Assembly (NCBI GenBank): GCA_038087875.1
Contig: CM075995.1
Span: 7,750,001-7,814,000, forward strand
DNA: 64,000 nucleotides
DNA from: Malacoraja senta
Lineage: Eukaryota
Direction: 5' to 3'
Below, in pieces: positions 1 through 13,567 of the stretch. A model generated the notes under the pieces. The model made no database searches. It was given only the letters and a program-made list of their open reading frames with translations, and was not told the DNA's origin. Made by a program: the position numbers and the translations under genes. The first letter of the stretch is position 1. The number at the start of each line of letters is the position of its first letter.

Positions 1-149
1 GGGACTAGTGTTGATGGGACATGTTGGTTGGTGTGGATAAGTTGGGCCGAAGGACCTGTTTCCAGGCTGTATGACTCTATAACACTGCCAGCTGTTCATC
101 TAAATCCTAGGTCTCCCTTTCCAACAATGCTGTGGAAAAACTGTCATAG

Positions 150-620
150 ATTAATACAGTTTGGAAACAGGCCCTTCGGCCCAACTCGCCCACACTGGGC
201 AACAATGTCCCAGCTACCCTAGTCCCACTTGCCTGCGCTTGGTCCATAACCCTCCAAACCTGTCCTATCCATGTACCTGTCCAACGGTTTCTTAAATTAT
301 GGGATAGTCCCAGCCTCAACTACATCCTCTGGCAGCTTATTCCATACACCCACCACCCTCTGTGTGAAAAAGTTACATTAAATCTTTTCCCCTTCACCTT
401 GAACCTATGTCCTCTGGTCCTCGATTCCCCTAATCTGGATAAAAGACTGTGCTTCTACCCGATCTATTCCTCTCATGATTTTGTATACCTCTATAAGATC
501 TCCCCTCATCCTCCTACGCTCCATGGAATAGAGACCCAGCCTACTCAACCTCTCCCAATAGCTCACACCCTCTAGTCCTGGCAACATCCTCGTAAATCCT
601 TTCTGATCCCTTTCAAGCTT
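150..620 (-). mobile_element. CR1-clade LINE 3' fragment
   Basis: ORF 405-674: FTRMLPGLEGVSYWERLSRLGLYSMERRRMRGDLIEVYKI, followed by a 3' UTR ending ggccgaagggcctgtttcc. Confidence 0.85.
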
Positions 621-1695
621 GACCTTTAAGGAGGATGACTTAATATTTTCTGAAGAACAATTGGGCACGGACAATAAATGGTAGCCTTGCAGTGATGCTC
701 AGGTCCCACATATGAATCAACGCACATATGTAAGACCATACATCCAACATGAGCAGCACCATAAAATAACAGTTATCTGAATATTTGAGATTGCAGTATC
801 TATAAAATGGCTGCTTGCAAGGCCTCAAGTAATTACATCTTCATGCTCCTAAATCGTATTGAAATCTACAACAAAATCAAGCATTAAAAAAAATGTTTAT
901 TTTAGTGTATTTGCTAATTTAATTCAAGCGGTCTAAAAATTTATCTCATCCTAAAAAACGAAAACCAACTTATGCATTGAACTCATTATGTTTATAATTA
1001 TTAGCTGATGTTCAGAATGCAGATGTGGAGGAATTTATTTAGCCAGAGAGTGGTGAATCTGTAGAATGAATTGCCACAGAAGGCTGTGGGTATTGGGTAT
1101 TTTTAAAGCGGAGATTGATAGGTTCTTGATTGGCGAGAGCGTCTAAGGTTATGTGGAGAAGGCAGTAGAATGGGGTTGAGGGGGGAATACAGATCAGCCA
1201 TGATTGAATGCCACAGGCAGACGCGACAGGTCGAATGACCTAATTCTGCTCCTATATCTTATGATCAACAATCTGATATTATTTAACAAATATTTTCCAC
1301 ATAACTGCATCGTAATATTTTAGTTATATACATTTGATGACTCATCTAACTAAATCAAAGGAGCATGGGAATGCAGAGACAAAAATAAAATGGAGAAATA
1401 TCTTGATATTTGACTTTGACTCTGACATCGGGGGGGGGGGGGGAGTGCAGTGGAGAGATACGTTTTTTTTGCCTTCCATCACAGCGCTGTGATGGATGTA
1501 TGTGTAAATTGTGTTGTGTCTCGGGTCTTCTTCGTTTTGTAATGTATGACTGCAGAAACGACATTTCGTTTGGACCTCAACGGGGTCCAAATGACAAATA
1601 AATTGTATTGTATTGTATTGATATGAGGCTGGAGGAGGTGGGGCGCAGACACAGGACAAATCTTTAGCACATCATGCAGTGCCTTTGCAGTTTTA

Positions 1696-2537
1696 ACCAT
1701 ATAACCATATAACAATTACAGCATGGAAACAGGCCATCTCAGCCCTTCTAGTCCGTGCCGAACACTTACTCTCACCTGGTCCCATCTACCTGCACTCAGA
1801 CCATAACCCTCCATTCCTTTCCCGTCCATATACCTATCCAATTTATTTGTAAATGATAAAATCGAACCTGCTTTCACCACTTCCACTGGAAGCTCATTCC
1901 ACACAGCTACCACTCTCTGAGTAAAGAAGTTCCCCCTCATGTTACCCCTAAACTTTTGTCCTTTAATTCTCAAATCATGTCCTCTTGTTTGAATCTTCCC
2001 TACTCTCAATGGAAAAAGCTTATCCACGTCAACTCTGTCTATCCCTCTCATAATTTTAAAGACCTCTATCAAGTCACCCATTAACCTTCTGTGCTCCAAA
2101 GAATAAAGACCTATCTTGTTCAACCTTTCTCTGTAACATAGGTGCTGAAACCTAGGCAACATTCTAGTAAATCTCCTCTGTACTCTCTCTATTTTGTTGA
2201 CATCTTTCCTATAATTTGGCGACCAAAATTGTGCACCATATTCCAGAATTGGCCTCACCAATGTCTTGTACAATTTTAACATTACATCCCAACTTCTATA
2301 CTCAATGCTCTGATTTATAAAGGCCAGCACACCAAAAGCTTTCTTTACCACCCTATCTACATGAGATTCCACCTTCAGGGAACTATGCACAGTTATTCTT
2401 AGATCCCTCTGTTCTACTGCATTCCTCAATTCGCTACCATTTACCATGTACGTCCTATTTTGATTTGTCCTACCAAGATGTAGCACCTCACACTTATCAG
2501 CCTTAAACTCCATCTGCCATCTTTCAGCCCACTCTTC
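1696..2537 (-). mobile_element. CR1-clade LINE 3' fragment, ORF2 C-terminus still open
   Basis: 265-aa ORF (KCEVLHLGR...LYKTLVRPILEY..QFWSP...RGNFFTQRVV) with an (ATATGGTT)n tail. Confidence 0.9.
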
Positions 2538-2539
2538 TG

Positions 2540-3050
2540 AAAGATGGGCCCCATATCTAAGGAAGGATGTGCTGGCATTGGAGGGTCCAGAGGAGGACTA
2601 CGAGAATGATCCCAGGAATGATTGGGTTAACATATGATGCATGTTAGAAGACACTGGGCCTGCATTCGCTGGAGTTTAGAAGAATGAGAGGGGACGTATG
2701 CAACTTTACAGAATAGTGAAAGGCCTGGATAGAGTAAACATGGAGAGGCTGAGCCAGAGGCCACAGCCTCAAGATTAAAAGGATGTATCTTTATAAAAGA
2801 GACGAGGAAGAATTTCTTCAGTCAGAGGGTGGTGAATCTGTGGAATTCATTGCCACAGAAGGCTGTGGAGGCTGTCGATAGATATTGTTAAGGCGGATAT
2901 TGACTGATTCTTGATTAGTACAAGTGTCAGGGTTTATGGGGAGAAGGCAGGTGAATGGGGTTGAGAGGGAAAGATAGATCAGCCACAATTGAATGGTGGA
3001 GTAGACTTGATGGGCAGAATGGCCCAATTTTGCTCCTAGAATTTATTAAC
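2540..3050 (+). mobile_element. Degenerate CR1 LINE 3' fragment
   Basis: aggaaggatgtgctggcattggag...cagagggtggtgaatctgtggaattc, same family as the other CR1 copies. Confidence 0.75.
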
Positions 3051-3089
3051 TAGCATTTACTTTAATTTAAACTATTTTCAAAATCATAC

Positions 3090-3312
3090 CTTTCCGTTGC
3101 ACAAAAACTCTGAGCAATGGGTTCGCCATGGAAATAGCTTTATAGAAGTTGTCATTGTTGTTGATTGGAAGCAGGTCACCATGAACATCAGCATATCCAA
3201 TTAATACATCCATGTTGGAGATGTTATGCGTATGAAGGATTAGGTTGTAGAATTCATCAAACTTTCCAGGCTTGTACCGGCACAACGAGAATCTTCGGAA
3301 TTCTGCTCCAAA
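3090..3312 (-). CDS. PARD6G: Par-6 coding exon 2 (PB1 domain)
   Basis: ttgatcag|[75 protein letters not shown]|gtatga, 223 nt. [15 protein letters not shown] and [14 protein letters not shown] favour gamma over alpha/beta, though the paralogue call is less certain than the family. The CRIB/PDZ exon lies outside the window. Confidence 0.92.
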
Positions 3313-3917
3313 CTGATCAAAAACTAAAATTAGTATGTCATTGTCTGTGAGCATATTTAACATTACATTTAGAAATATTAGGTCAATAGGAAAATACTCG
3401 TAACTTCCACATAAAGACAACTTCACATAACTTATATAGAGAAAAGCAACATTCAATCTCCAAAACACTGCTGAATCAAAGAATCGAGTAGAGTTTCTTT
3501 TTTCACTCCTAATCAGACTAGGAAAAGGCCAGACCCTCCAGTTCTCTTGGACAGGTCTGTATGAATTCATAGCAGAATATACTTTGGGAAGGTGGAAAAA
3601 AGTAATGCTTCCTGAAGATGATGGCACCTTGCAAAGTATATTACAATTCAATGATTTTATATTTATCATCAAAATAATAATTAGCTGAGCATAGACAGCT
3701 TCATTTACTTTTCATTGCAAGCTCCAACACTATCGCATCAGTCCCCACTGCTAGGACCAAGGGCAAAATAGATCACCCCAAATGAATTCAATGCAAGTGT
3801 CTGGGACCGTCTGTAGAAAATAAGGCAGCATGTCTTAAATCATAACTTGGACACCAATATTTACATTTAAATTTTCTGAAATGGCATAACTGAATCAGAG
3901 AATTATATTTACACTAC

Positions 3918-4365
3918 ACTGCCTCGGCAAGGCCAGCAGCATAATCAAGGACAAGTCACTACTACCCTCTCCCATCAGGCAAGAGGTACAGAAGTGTGAA
4001 AACGCACGCCTCCAGATTCAGGCAGACAAAAATGCTGCAGAAACACAGCGGGTGCAACAGCATCTATGGAGGGAAGGAATTAGGCAACGTTTCGGGCCAA
4101 AACCCTTCTTCAGACTCTCCAGATTCAGGGGCTGCTTCTTCACAGCTATAATCAGGCAACTGAAGCTTCCTATCAACAACCAGAGAGCTGGCCTAAGCTA
4201 CTCGGACTATCTTTAATCAGACTTTACTGGACTATATCTTGCACTACACGTTATTCCCTTCATCATGTATCTGTACACTCTGCTTGGCTCGATTGTATAA
4301 TATTTCTGCTGACTGGTTAGCACGCAACAAAAAACTTTTCACTGTACACGTGACAATAAACTAAT
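3918..4365 (+). mobile_element. Rex1/Babar-type LINE 3' end (related copies at ~8745-9220, 18675-19060, 27575-27870, 28115-28575, 62100-62352)
   Basis: C-terminal ASSIIKD..H...LPSGKRYRS...SRFRDSFFP coding remnant and shared tail ttttcactgtacctcggtacacgtgacaataaact. Confidence 0.7.
4023..4116 (-). mobile_element. Solo Penelope pLTR module with minimal hammerhead-like core
   Basis: Reverse complement agtctgaagaagggttttggcccgaaacgttgcc...; 13-bp TSD ctccagattcagg at 4010-4022 and 4117-4129. Confidence 0.8.
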
Positions 4366-4524
4366 CTTCCCATTGTCAAGATAGTAGTTAGTAGTAGTAC
4401 TTATATGCATTCTCTGGAATATTAGAGCCCACATAAAACAGAGAATTATATTACACTTCACACTGCCTCGGCAAGGCCAGCAGCATAATCAAGGATAAGT
4501 CACTACTACCCTCTCCCATCAGGC

Positions 4525-6092
4525 ACTCTCCGTTGTCTGCACGCATTCCATTCTCTAGGCCCCATCCCCTCATCTTCACCATGGACGTCCACTCACTCTA
4601 CACCTCCATTCCCCACCAGGATGGTCTCAAAGCCCTCCGGTTCTTCCTCGACCAGAGAAACAACCTATACCCGTCCACTGATACTCTCCTCCGCCTAGCG
4701 GAGTTGGTCCTTACCCTCAATAACTTCTCGTTTGACTCCTCCCATTTCCTCCAAATACAAGGCGTAGCAATGGGCACGCGCATGGGCCCCAGCTACGCCT
4801 GCCTCTTTGTTGGGTACGTCGAACAATCCTTGTTCGAGGCATACCAGGGCCCCATCCCCGATTTCTCTACCTCCGCTACATCGACGATTGCTTTGGTGCT
4901 ACCTCCTGCACCCACACACAACTGACTGACTTCATCCGCTTCACCACTAACTTCCATCCGGCACTCAAATACACCTGGACCATTTACGACACTTCCCTAC
5001 CATTTCTTGACCTCACTATCTCCATCGCAGGTGATAGACTTCTGACCGACATCCACTATAAACCCACTGACTCCCATGGCTATCTAGACTACTCTTCTTC
5101 CCACCCTGCTTCCTGTAAGGACTCCATCCCCTACTCCCAATTCCTCCGTCTACGCCGCATCTGCTCCCAGGATGAGGTGTTCCACACCAGGGCATCGCAA
5201 ATGTCCTCATTCTTCAGGGAACGGGGGTTCCCCTCCCCTACTATAGATGAGGCTCGCACCAGGGTCTCTTCCATAACCCGTAATCACTGCTCTCTCTCCC
5301 CATCCCCCCACTCGCAACTAGGGCAGAGTCCCCCTAGTCCTCACCTTTCACCCCACTAGCCGTCACATACAACAAATCGTCCTCCATCAGTTTCGCCACC
5401 TTCAACGTGACCCCATGTCCCCCCCGTCTGCTTTCCGCAAAGACTGCTCCCTCCGTAACTCCCTTGTCAATTCTTCCCTTCCCTCCCGCACCACCCCCTC
5501 CCCGGGCACTTTCCCTTGCAACCTCAAGAGATGCTACACTTGTCGCTTTACCTCCCCCCTTGACTCCATTCAAGGACCCAAGCAGTCGTTCCAGGTGCGA
5601 CAGAGGTTCACCTGCATCTCCTCCAACCTCATCTATTGCATCTGCTGCTCTAGGTGTCAGCTGATCTACATCGGTGAGACCAAGCGTAGGCTTGGCGATC
5701 GTTTCGCCGAACACCTCCGCTCCGTACCTGACCTCCCGGTGGCCCAGCACTTCAACTCCCCCTCCCATTCCGTATCCGACCTCTCTGTCCTGGGCCTCCT
5801 CCATGGCCAGAGTGAGCAACACCAGAAATTGGAGGAACAGCACCTCATATTCCGCTTGGGCAGTCTTCATCCCGGTGGCCTGAACATTGAATTCTCCCAA
5901 TTCCGTTAGCCCTTGCTGTCTCCTCCCCTTCCTAGCTCTCCCTCAGCCCTCAGGCTCCTCCTCCTCCTTTTTCCTTTCTTCTCCCCACCCTCCATCAGTC
6001 TGAAGAAGGGTTTCGGCCCGAAACGTTGCCTATTTCCTTCGCTCCATAGATGCTGCTGCACCCGCTGAGTTTCTCCAGCACTTTTGTCTACC
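4525..6092 (+). mobile_element. Penelope-like retroelement (RT plus GIY-YIG), 5'-truncated and frameshifted
   Basis: RT motifs TMDVHSLYTSIP, QIQGVAMGTRMGPSYACLF and LRYIDD; GIY-YIG region NLIYCICCSRCQLIYIGETKRRLGDRFAEH...PGGLN; 3' pLTR starting ctgaagaagggtttcggcccgaaacg at ~6000. Confidence 0.92.
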
Positions 6093-7552
6093 TAAAACTC
6101 ATGCAAGTCATCAAACAACTTTTTATTGGTGACAGAACATTAAATTGACGTCCAATTTCTTTTGCAATTGTATTTTTTTTGGAAAAATGATTAAATAGCT
6201 TCAAAGTTTAATTATGTGCATTGTATAATGCATAATTTTATAGGTGCATTATCCTTTTGTGATAAATATCTATCCAGGATAAAACAAAAATTACATGTTG
6301 CTGCATCTCCATTCTGACATTTCAAAAGACGCCATGGGGTTAATGGCTCAAACTGGCTCAAATTCAAACTGTAGTCTGATCTCTGGAAAGAGTAGACAAT
6401 AATCCATTTTGGATGAATTGAATGCTTTCAACTAAATTCTTTCTTGTAACACGTGCAGAACTAACACTAATTCTGTTCCTTTTCTTCCTATACACAATTC
6501 CCCCCTCAATTTTTGGCTCAGTGGCAAGGCAAAACATTCAAACCAACTAGTTTAAGAAGAGGGGTTCCACCCCAAAACATCACCTATCCATGCTTTCCAG
6601 AGATGCCGCCTGATCTGCTGAGTTACTCCAGCACTTTGTGTTCTTTGTGTCAACCATTCCTTCTTTCCAGCGATGCCGCCTGTCCCGCTGAGTTACTCCA
6701 GCATTTTGTGTCTATTTTTAGTTTAAATCTTTCATTGACCCATTTACTCGTCACTGAAAGACAACCGCGGTGACTCCCCTTTTGTCTCCTCACATATCAC
6801 TGGCGCTTGAAAGGCTATATCTATTCAACAAGCTAAGCACCGACGGTAATCCCACCTACAATCCTGCTTCCTTTCAAGGGGCACTAAGCCTTCAACTGCT
6901 TCCTTCTGTATTCCCCACAATCCATGGCTTGCTCACTTTCATCAGATGTTGAAAGATTTCTCTTCCAAAATGCTGCTGAGCATTTCTGTTTGAAGGCCAC
7001 TTCAATATACTTCATACACATGTATTAACCTAACACGACATTCAAGTCCAGTCTGTCACCATTGTGTTATGTTGACGGTATCACATAAATGTTTATCCTT
7101 TTGGATATTTAAGCCGAATTTTAAAAAGTACTGAAAAAGTTGGAAAGCTGAAACATAACCAAATCTATTTTCTGAACTAATTCTTATTAATATTTAAGCT
7201 TGACAGGTTCAGACAACATGACTTATTTTGCCTGAGGCAATGTTTCAAATATTATAAATCATCCAGATTACAATTTTTAAAAAATTAAATAATTTGTTTA
7301 ATTTATTTTTGACAGGAAACAAACACCTTACATTTAGTTTAGAGATACAGTGTGGAAACAGGCCCTTCAGCCACTGAGTTCGCGCCGACCAGAGATCCCC
7401 GCATACTAACACTATCCCACACAGGCTAGGGACAATTTTATTGCCAATTAGCCTACAAACCTGTACGTCTTTGGGGTGGGAAGGAACCGGAGCACCTGCA
7501 GGCCACGGAGAGAACGTACAAACTCCGTACAGACAGCACCCATAGTCAGGAT

Positions 7553-8185
7553 TAATAATAATAATAATACATTTTATTTATATAGCACTTTTCAGGACTC
7601 AAAGTCGCTTTACATTGAGAGTCAAGAATAAACAAAACAAAATAGAGCAGTAAGAAAGAGATGCAAAGGGGAGGGGAACATGGGACTAAGGGTATGCAGA
7701 TGTGAAGAGATGGGTCTTGAGGCGGGACTGGAAGATGATGAGGGACTCAGAATTTCGGATCAGTTGTGGGAGGGAATTCCAGAGCCTGGGAGCTGCCCTG
7801 GAGAAGGCTCTGCGGAGTGGAGAGGAGTGGAGAGGAGACCAGCTGATGTGGATCTGAGGGACCGTGAGGGTTGGTAGGGGGAGAGGAGGTCAGTGAGATA
7901 AGGGGGGGGGGGGCCCAAGTGGTTGAGGGCTTTGTAGGTGAGGACCAGGATTTTGTAGATGATCCGGTGGGAAATGGGAAGCCAGTGGAGTTCTTTGAGA
8001 ACTGGGGTGATGTGGTGCCAGGATTTGGTGTGGGTAATGAGTCGGGCGGCTGCATTCTGGACCAGTTGGAGTCGGTGCTGGAATTGATGCCAAAGAGAAG
8101 AGAGTTACAGTAGTCCAGTCGGGAGGAGATGACGGCATGGATGAGTCTTTCAGCAGCGGGGGGTGTGAGAGAGGATCTGATTTTG
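7553..8185 (-). mobile_element. L2-clade LINE 3' fragment inserted in a V-SINE (7335-7552 and 8197-8255)
   Basis: Minus-strand SRLDYCNSLL, QNAAARL and HITPVLKELHWLP motifs; tail gtaaagcgactttgagtcctgaaaagtgctatataaataaaatg(tat)n. Confidence 0.8.
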
Positions 8186-10346
8186 GATAATTGATAATTG
8201 AACCCGGGTCCCTGCCACCAGGGAGCAACTCTAACACTGCGCCACCGTGCCGCCCCAATGTTCTATATTTTGTCGGTATTGCAATGGCTATAATTTAACT
8301 ACATTAATTCAAAAGAATCTGATTGCAGCATGAAAAATGTATACCCAATGGAAATATGATTAGTTACATTTCGAGATACAGCATGGAAACAGGCCCTTCG
8401 GCCCACCAAGTGCGCCGACTAGCGATCCCACAGATGATCTGAAAGAGTATTGAGATTAGGCAACATTCTGCGTTGGTTCCAATTTTCTAAAATAATTATC
8501 TAAAAAAAGAACATATTTCCACATACGAAACGCAAAATGTTAAATGCAAATTTGCCACAATGTAATGACATCCTCCTGCATCGGTTAAATTGCTATCCAA
8601 CTTCATTCTGTGCAGCAACATATTCATTTCTAAGCCTCAATATTTCAACAACTCAAATTTACTGCGCAGTAGATACTTAAAAGATGAACAGCTTCTGGAA
8701 GTGATTTTAATAAACTAGCAGTTTGTTTCTGTGTGCCATAAATAATGCAGGGAGTTGTGGACGTAGCCCAGATCATCACGCAAACAAACCCTTCCATTGA
8801 CCCCATCTACACGTCACGCTGCCTCGGCCACCAGCATAATCAAGGACCAGTCTCAACACGGTCACTCTGTCTTCTCCCCTCTCCTAACTGGCAAGAAGTA
8901 CAGAAGTTTGAAAGCTCACAGCTCCAGATTCAGGGACAGTTTCTTCCCAGCTGTTATCAGACAATTGAACATTCTATCAACAACTAGAGAGCAGTCCTCA
9001 CCTCCCATCTATCTCATTGGAGACCTTTGAACTATATTTAATAAGACTTTACTGGACGTTATCGTGCACTAAACGTTAGACCCTTTATCCTGCATCTGTA
9101 CAATGTGGATGGCTTGATTGTAATCATGTATACATTTTTCACTGACTGGATAGCATGCATCAAAAAACCTTTCACTGTACCTCAGGTACATGCGACATAC
9201 CAGACTAACCTAAACTAACAGACAAGAATGAATACATCTAAAACAGCCACAACTTAATAATCCTATAATAAGATATACACAAAATGCTGGAGTAAGTCAG
9301 CGGGACATGCAGCATCTCTGGAGAGAAGGAATGGGTGCCGTTTTGGGTCAAGGCCCTTCTTCAGACCTGATCTTATAAACTGTTTACCAACTTAGCACAA
9401 AAAAAATAAATCGCAATTTGCATTCAGCAAATCAATGCGAATTAGTTCTTTTGAATACATCGCATAATCAAGCCTTATGCCTGTCTCAATTATTTTAATC
9501 GTTGGACATTACAAGAATGGTAGAAAATTTCCATTAAAAGATAACTAGACATTGTGTGCCAGTGAGTGGTAAAAACAGGCTCGGACAAGCACGGCGTTTA
9601 TTTTGAAATTTAAAAACTAAAACCAGTTTTGCAGGAACTCTCCATTCTAAGAAATAAGACTCAACTATCGCACAATGTAGATAAACACTAGTAAGTGTAC
9701 ACAGCAGTGCGAGCAGGTCTAATTCGCACAAAAAAAAGCTTTTGCCATGCATTATAAAATTAGATGCAAAACTATTTGTGGCTGTTTATTCAAGTATTAT
9801 ATAGTCAGTGAAGGTTCATTTCAAGATTTGCCACCATTGTACTGGTAATAACCAGGATAGCCTGTTTGCACTTAGCAAGCTTCCACAAATGTCATTGTGA
9901 TAGCAACCAGATAATGTTTGTTTAGTGATGTTGACAATGATAATATTGAGTGGTGCCATATATTTATCTTGTTTCCCTAAGGTATATTTTTCATGCCACT
10001 TTGACATTCGCATTGTTCCGCACATCCCTCCTCCACGAAAAGTCAACTTGCATGTCTCCTCCCCGGTTGTGACAAAATGTTACCTGTTTCTCTTTCCAAG
10101 ATTCTCCGTGACCTGCTGAGCTTTTCTGCCATTTTTCTTTTTTGTTTAGAAAATTGAGTTTCTTCCAGACCCGGTCTATCTTAAAAAAAAACACTACATG
10201 TCTGGTCATACTAACCTGCAAACACCTGATCTTGTCTGAACTTGTAAGCTAAGCAGGCTGAAGCCAAGTTAATATTTGGATGAGAGACCGCCTGGGAATA
10301 AATACCAGGTGCAGTAGTCATAGAGGTAGCAAAGTGGCAGATTACT

Positions 10347-10622
10347 TTAGAGATTCAGCGTGGAAACAGGCCTTTTAGCCCGCCGAGTCCACCCTGACCA
10401 TCAATCACCCATACACTAGTTCTATCCCACACACTAGGGATAATTTACAGATGCCATTTAACCTACACGTCTTTGGAATGTGGGGGGAAACCGGGGTTTC
10501 CAGAGAAAATCCGTGCAGTCACAGGGAGAATGTACAAAAACTCCTGACAGACAGAACATGTAATCAGAATCGAACCCAGGTCTCTGGCTCTGTAAAGCAG
10601 CAATTATACCGCTGCGCCACTG
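10347..10622 (-). mobile_element. tRNA-derived V-SINE (HE1-like)
   Basis: tRNA-like head (gtggcgcagcggta...gggttcgatt), V-domain tttgtacattctccctgtgac and CR1-derived tail. Confidence 0.75.
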
Positions 10623-11055
10623 TGGAGCCTACAGATGGTCGCGCTGTTGTCTCTGTTATCCCCACTTTGTAGGGAACGGATGAGAAAGTGGGATAATATA
10701 AAACTAGTGTGAACAGGTGATCGATGAACTCGGAGGGCCGTAGGGCCTGTTTCCGTGCTGTATCTCTGAACTAAATTAAAGCTCATTCCACAACTAAGAA
10801 CCATTTCAAGGTTTCAGAATTAGGTATGCGCTGAGAACCATATGTTAAGATGGAAATTGTCAAATCAAATCTCCACTAAGAAATACATCTCCATTAACCC
10901 AGGAACTAATAATGCAAGGCTAAAATCTGCCCAAAGCTTTAAAACTTCAGTTGTGATTTCCATGACTTCCAACATAATAACAATCAGAAGCAAGTCAATA
11001 TAGGTGACTTTAAAAAAAAATGTATATAGAAATTAAAACAGAATCTTGATAACTA

Positions 11056-11935
11056 TTTGACCAAATGACCAATTGGTGCCAGCACAATAACCTGGCTCTC
11101 AACACCAACAAAGCCAAGGAACTGATTGTGGACTTTGGAAGGGGTAGGATAGGGACCCACAATCCCGTTTATATCAATGGGACGATGGTAGAAAGGGTCA
11201 AGAACTTCAAATTCCTGGGTGTGCATATTTCCAAAGATCTTTCCTGGTCCCAGCACACTGATGCAATTATAAAGAAAGCACATCAGCGCCTCTACTGCCT
11301 GAGAAGATTACGGAGAGTCGGTTTGTCAAAGAGGTCTCCCTCGAACTTCTACAGGTGCACAGTAGAGAGCATGCTGACTGGTTGCATCGTGGTTTGGTTC
11401 GGCAACTTGAGCGTCCAGGAGCGGAAAAAGAATGCCGAAAGTTGTGACCACTGCCCAGTCCATCATCAGCTCTGACATCCCCACCATCGAGGGGATCTAT
11501 CGCAGTCGCTGCCTCAAAAAAGGCTGCCAACATCATCAAGGACCCACACCATCATGGCCACACACGCATCTCTCCACTACCTTCAGGTAGAAGGTACAGG
11601 AGCCTGAAATCTGGTACATCCAGGTTCAGGAACAGCTACTTCCCCACAGCCATCAGGCTATTAAACTCGCCATCAAACAAACTCTGAACTATAACAGCCT
11701 ATTGCACTTTATCTGTTTATTTATTTTTATATATATTTTTTTAATTTATTTATTTATTTATACATTTATATATATATATAAATATATGTGTGTGTGTGTG
11801 TGTATATAGTCTATGCTATATAGACACACTGAACTGTTCTGTATTTATGCTTACAATACTCTGTTGTGCTGCAGCAAGCAAGGATTTCATTGTCTTATCT
11901 GGGACACATGACAATAAACTCTCTTGACTTGACCT
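11056..11935 (+). mobile_element. Rex1/Babar LINE 3' fragment
   Basis: WCQHNNLALNTNKAKELIVDF...VERVKNFKFLGVHISKDLSWSQH...KKAHQRLY; tail gggacacatgacaataaactctcttgacttga. Confidence 0.85.
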
Positions 11936-12433
11936 GAATTGTTTTAATTTGGAGCTTTTCAAATCATGAATCATTTAAGCAATAATGCTACTTATCTCCA
12001 TTAAAGATTAATCAATCGCAGCCTGAAACTAATCTCAAGCAAACATTTTGAATAACAGAGGAACAGTTTCGAGGTATGCATATCTCTAAAGCTGCTATTT
12101 ACCTCATTGGAGACCCTTGGGCTATCTTTAATCAGACATTATCTTTTAGTAAACATTATTCCCTTTATCATGTATTTGTACGCTGTGGACGGCTCGATTG
12201 TAAGCATGTAGTTTTTTTCGCTGAAGGGTTAGCATTATAACAAAAACTATTATACTGTACCTCAATACATAGAGTCATAGAGTGACACAGTGTGGAAACA
12301 GGCCCTTCGGTCCAACTTGCCCACACCGGCCAACATCTCCCAGTCACACTAGTCCCACCTGCAAGCATTTGGCAGCAACATGTGACAATGAACTAAACTC
12401 TCCTGGGTCCAGAATATCAATGTAACCACAAAG

Positions 12434-13474
12434 TAGGTATGTTACAAAACTTACCTTCAGTCGCGCTGTAATTCTGCCACTGTCCGTGTGCGCGATTTTG
12501 GCGCCTTTAAGGGGGGGCGGGGTTAAGACGCGGGTTTCTCCTCCCTTGTCCTGGTTAATATTTTGTTGGAGTACAAGCCTTGGCTGACAAATCGTTCCTA
12601 CCGGCGTTTTGTGAATTTTTTATTTTTATTAAATCGTCAATTTCAGCGCTAGAGTAATTTTAAAAGCAGCTCCTGAAGCGTCAACGCTGATAACGGGGAC
12701 GGATTTCACACACGGGACAGGTAAACGAAAGTGGTTTCTTTAAATGTATAAAAGTGCTTCTTAAGAAGCCTTTAATTCACATTTTTTCATGCGACACGGT
12801 GATTTTATTCCCCGAATTAACGGCAGTATTTTTCATGCCAATACGGGGTTAAATTCACCGCAAATGAACGTTCCAAAAGATCGCGTTCCAGAAATCCTCA
12901 CTCACAAGATGAATTAAATGCCCATTAATTTACAGGTATTAAACATTCAATTCCTTCCATTTGGCCTGTAAATTCATGAAAATGAGATTTAAAAATTATG
13001 TTATATTGTGAATTATTGTGTGAATGTTATTTGGACACTTAGGCTATTTAAAAATGTTAATCTATTCTTAAGAAATTGATAGATGTTTAGATCTAGTAAT
13101 TGAATTTTGTAATTAGCTACAATTAGGTAACTAACTAATTATATGCTTTACTTTCATGTCTTCGAAGTAAGATTGTTTCATATTTGTTTCAGAATGCTTC
13201 AATCTATAATAACTGAAAATTTCTTTCAGTTATCATAATTTTTAAGAAAGTTATGGGCTTTTAACTGTCCTCGATCACAGCTTTTGTGTTAAGTCAATGG
13301 CAAAGCAATTGGGAACTAGATGCTAATTTCTGAGTATGATAATGGCCATAACTTTTTTAATACTGAAGATATGAAAGTGAATTAAGTGTCAAATTAAACT
13401 TCTTTTTATGCTTTATCTGATGGGATAAATTGCAGACTTTATTTTTAAAATCTCAAAATTTTGTAACATTGCTA
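12434..13474. mobile_element. Non-autonomous DNA transposon, copy 1, with 7-bp TSD
   Basis: Termini TAGGTATGTTACAAAA...TTTTGTAACATTGCTA; TSD cacaaag at 12427-12433 and 13475-13481; near-identical to 53744-54779. Confidence 0.9.
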
Positions 13475-13567
13475 CACAAAGAAAGTCATCAATGCCTCTA
13501 CTTCTTTAGAAGATTGAAGAGATTTGGTATGTCGACGAATCAAACTTCTATATGCGTAGGGTTAAAG

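Noticed and set aside
3067-3672. 201-aa single-exon gene
   Set aside because: Only 3090-3312 is Par-6-like and it is bounded by AG/GT. The rest is open intron sequence.
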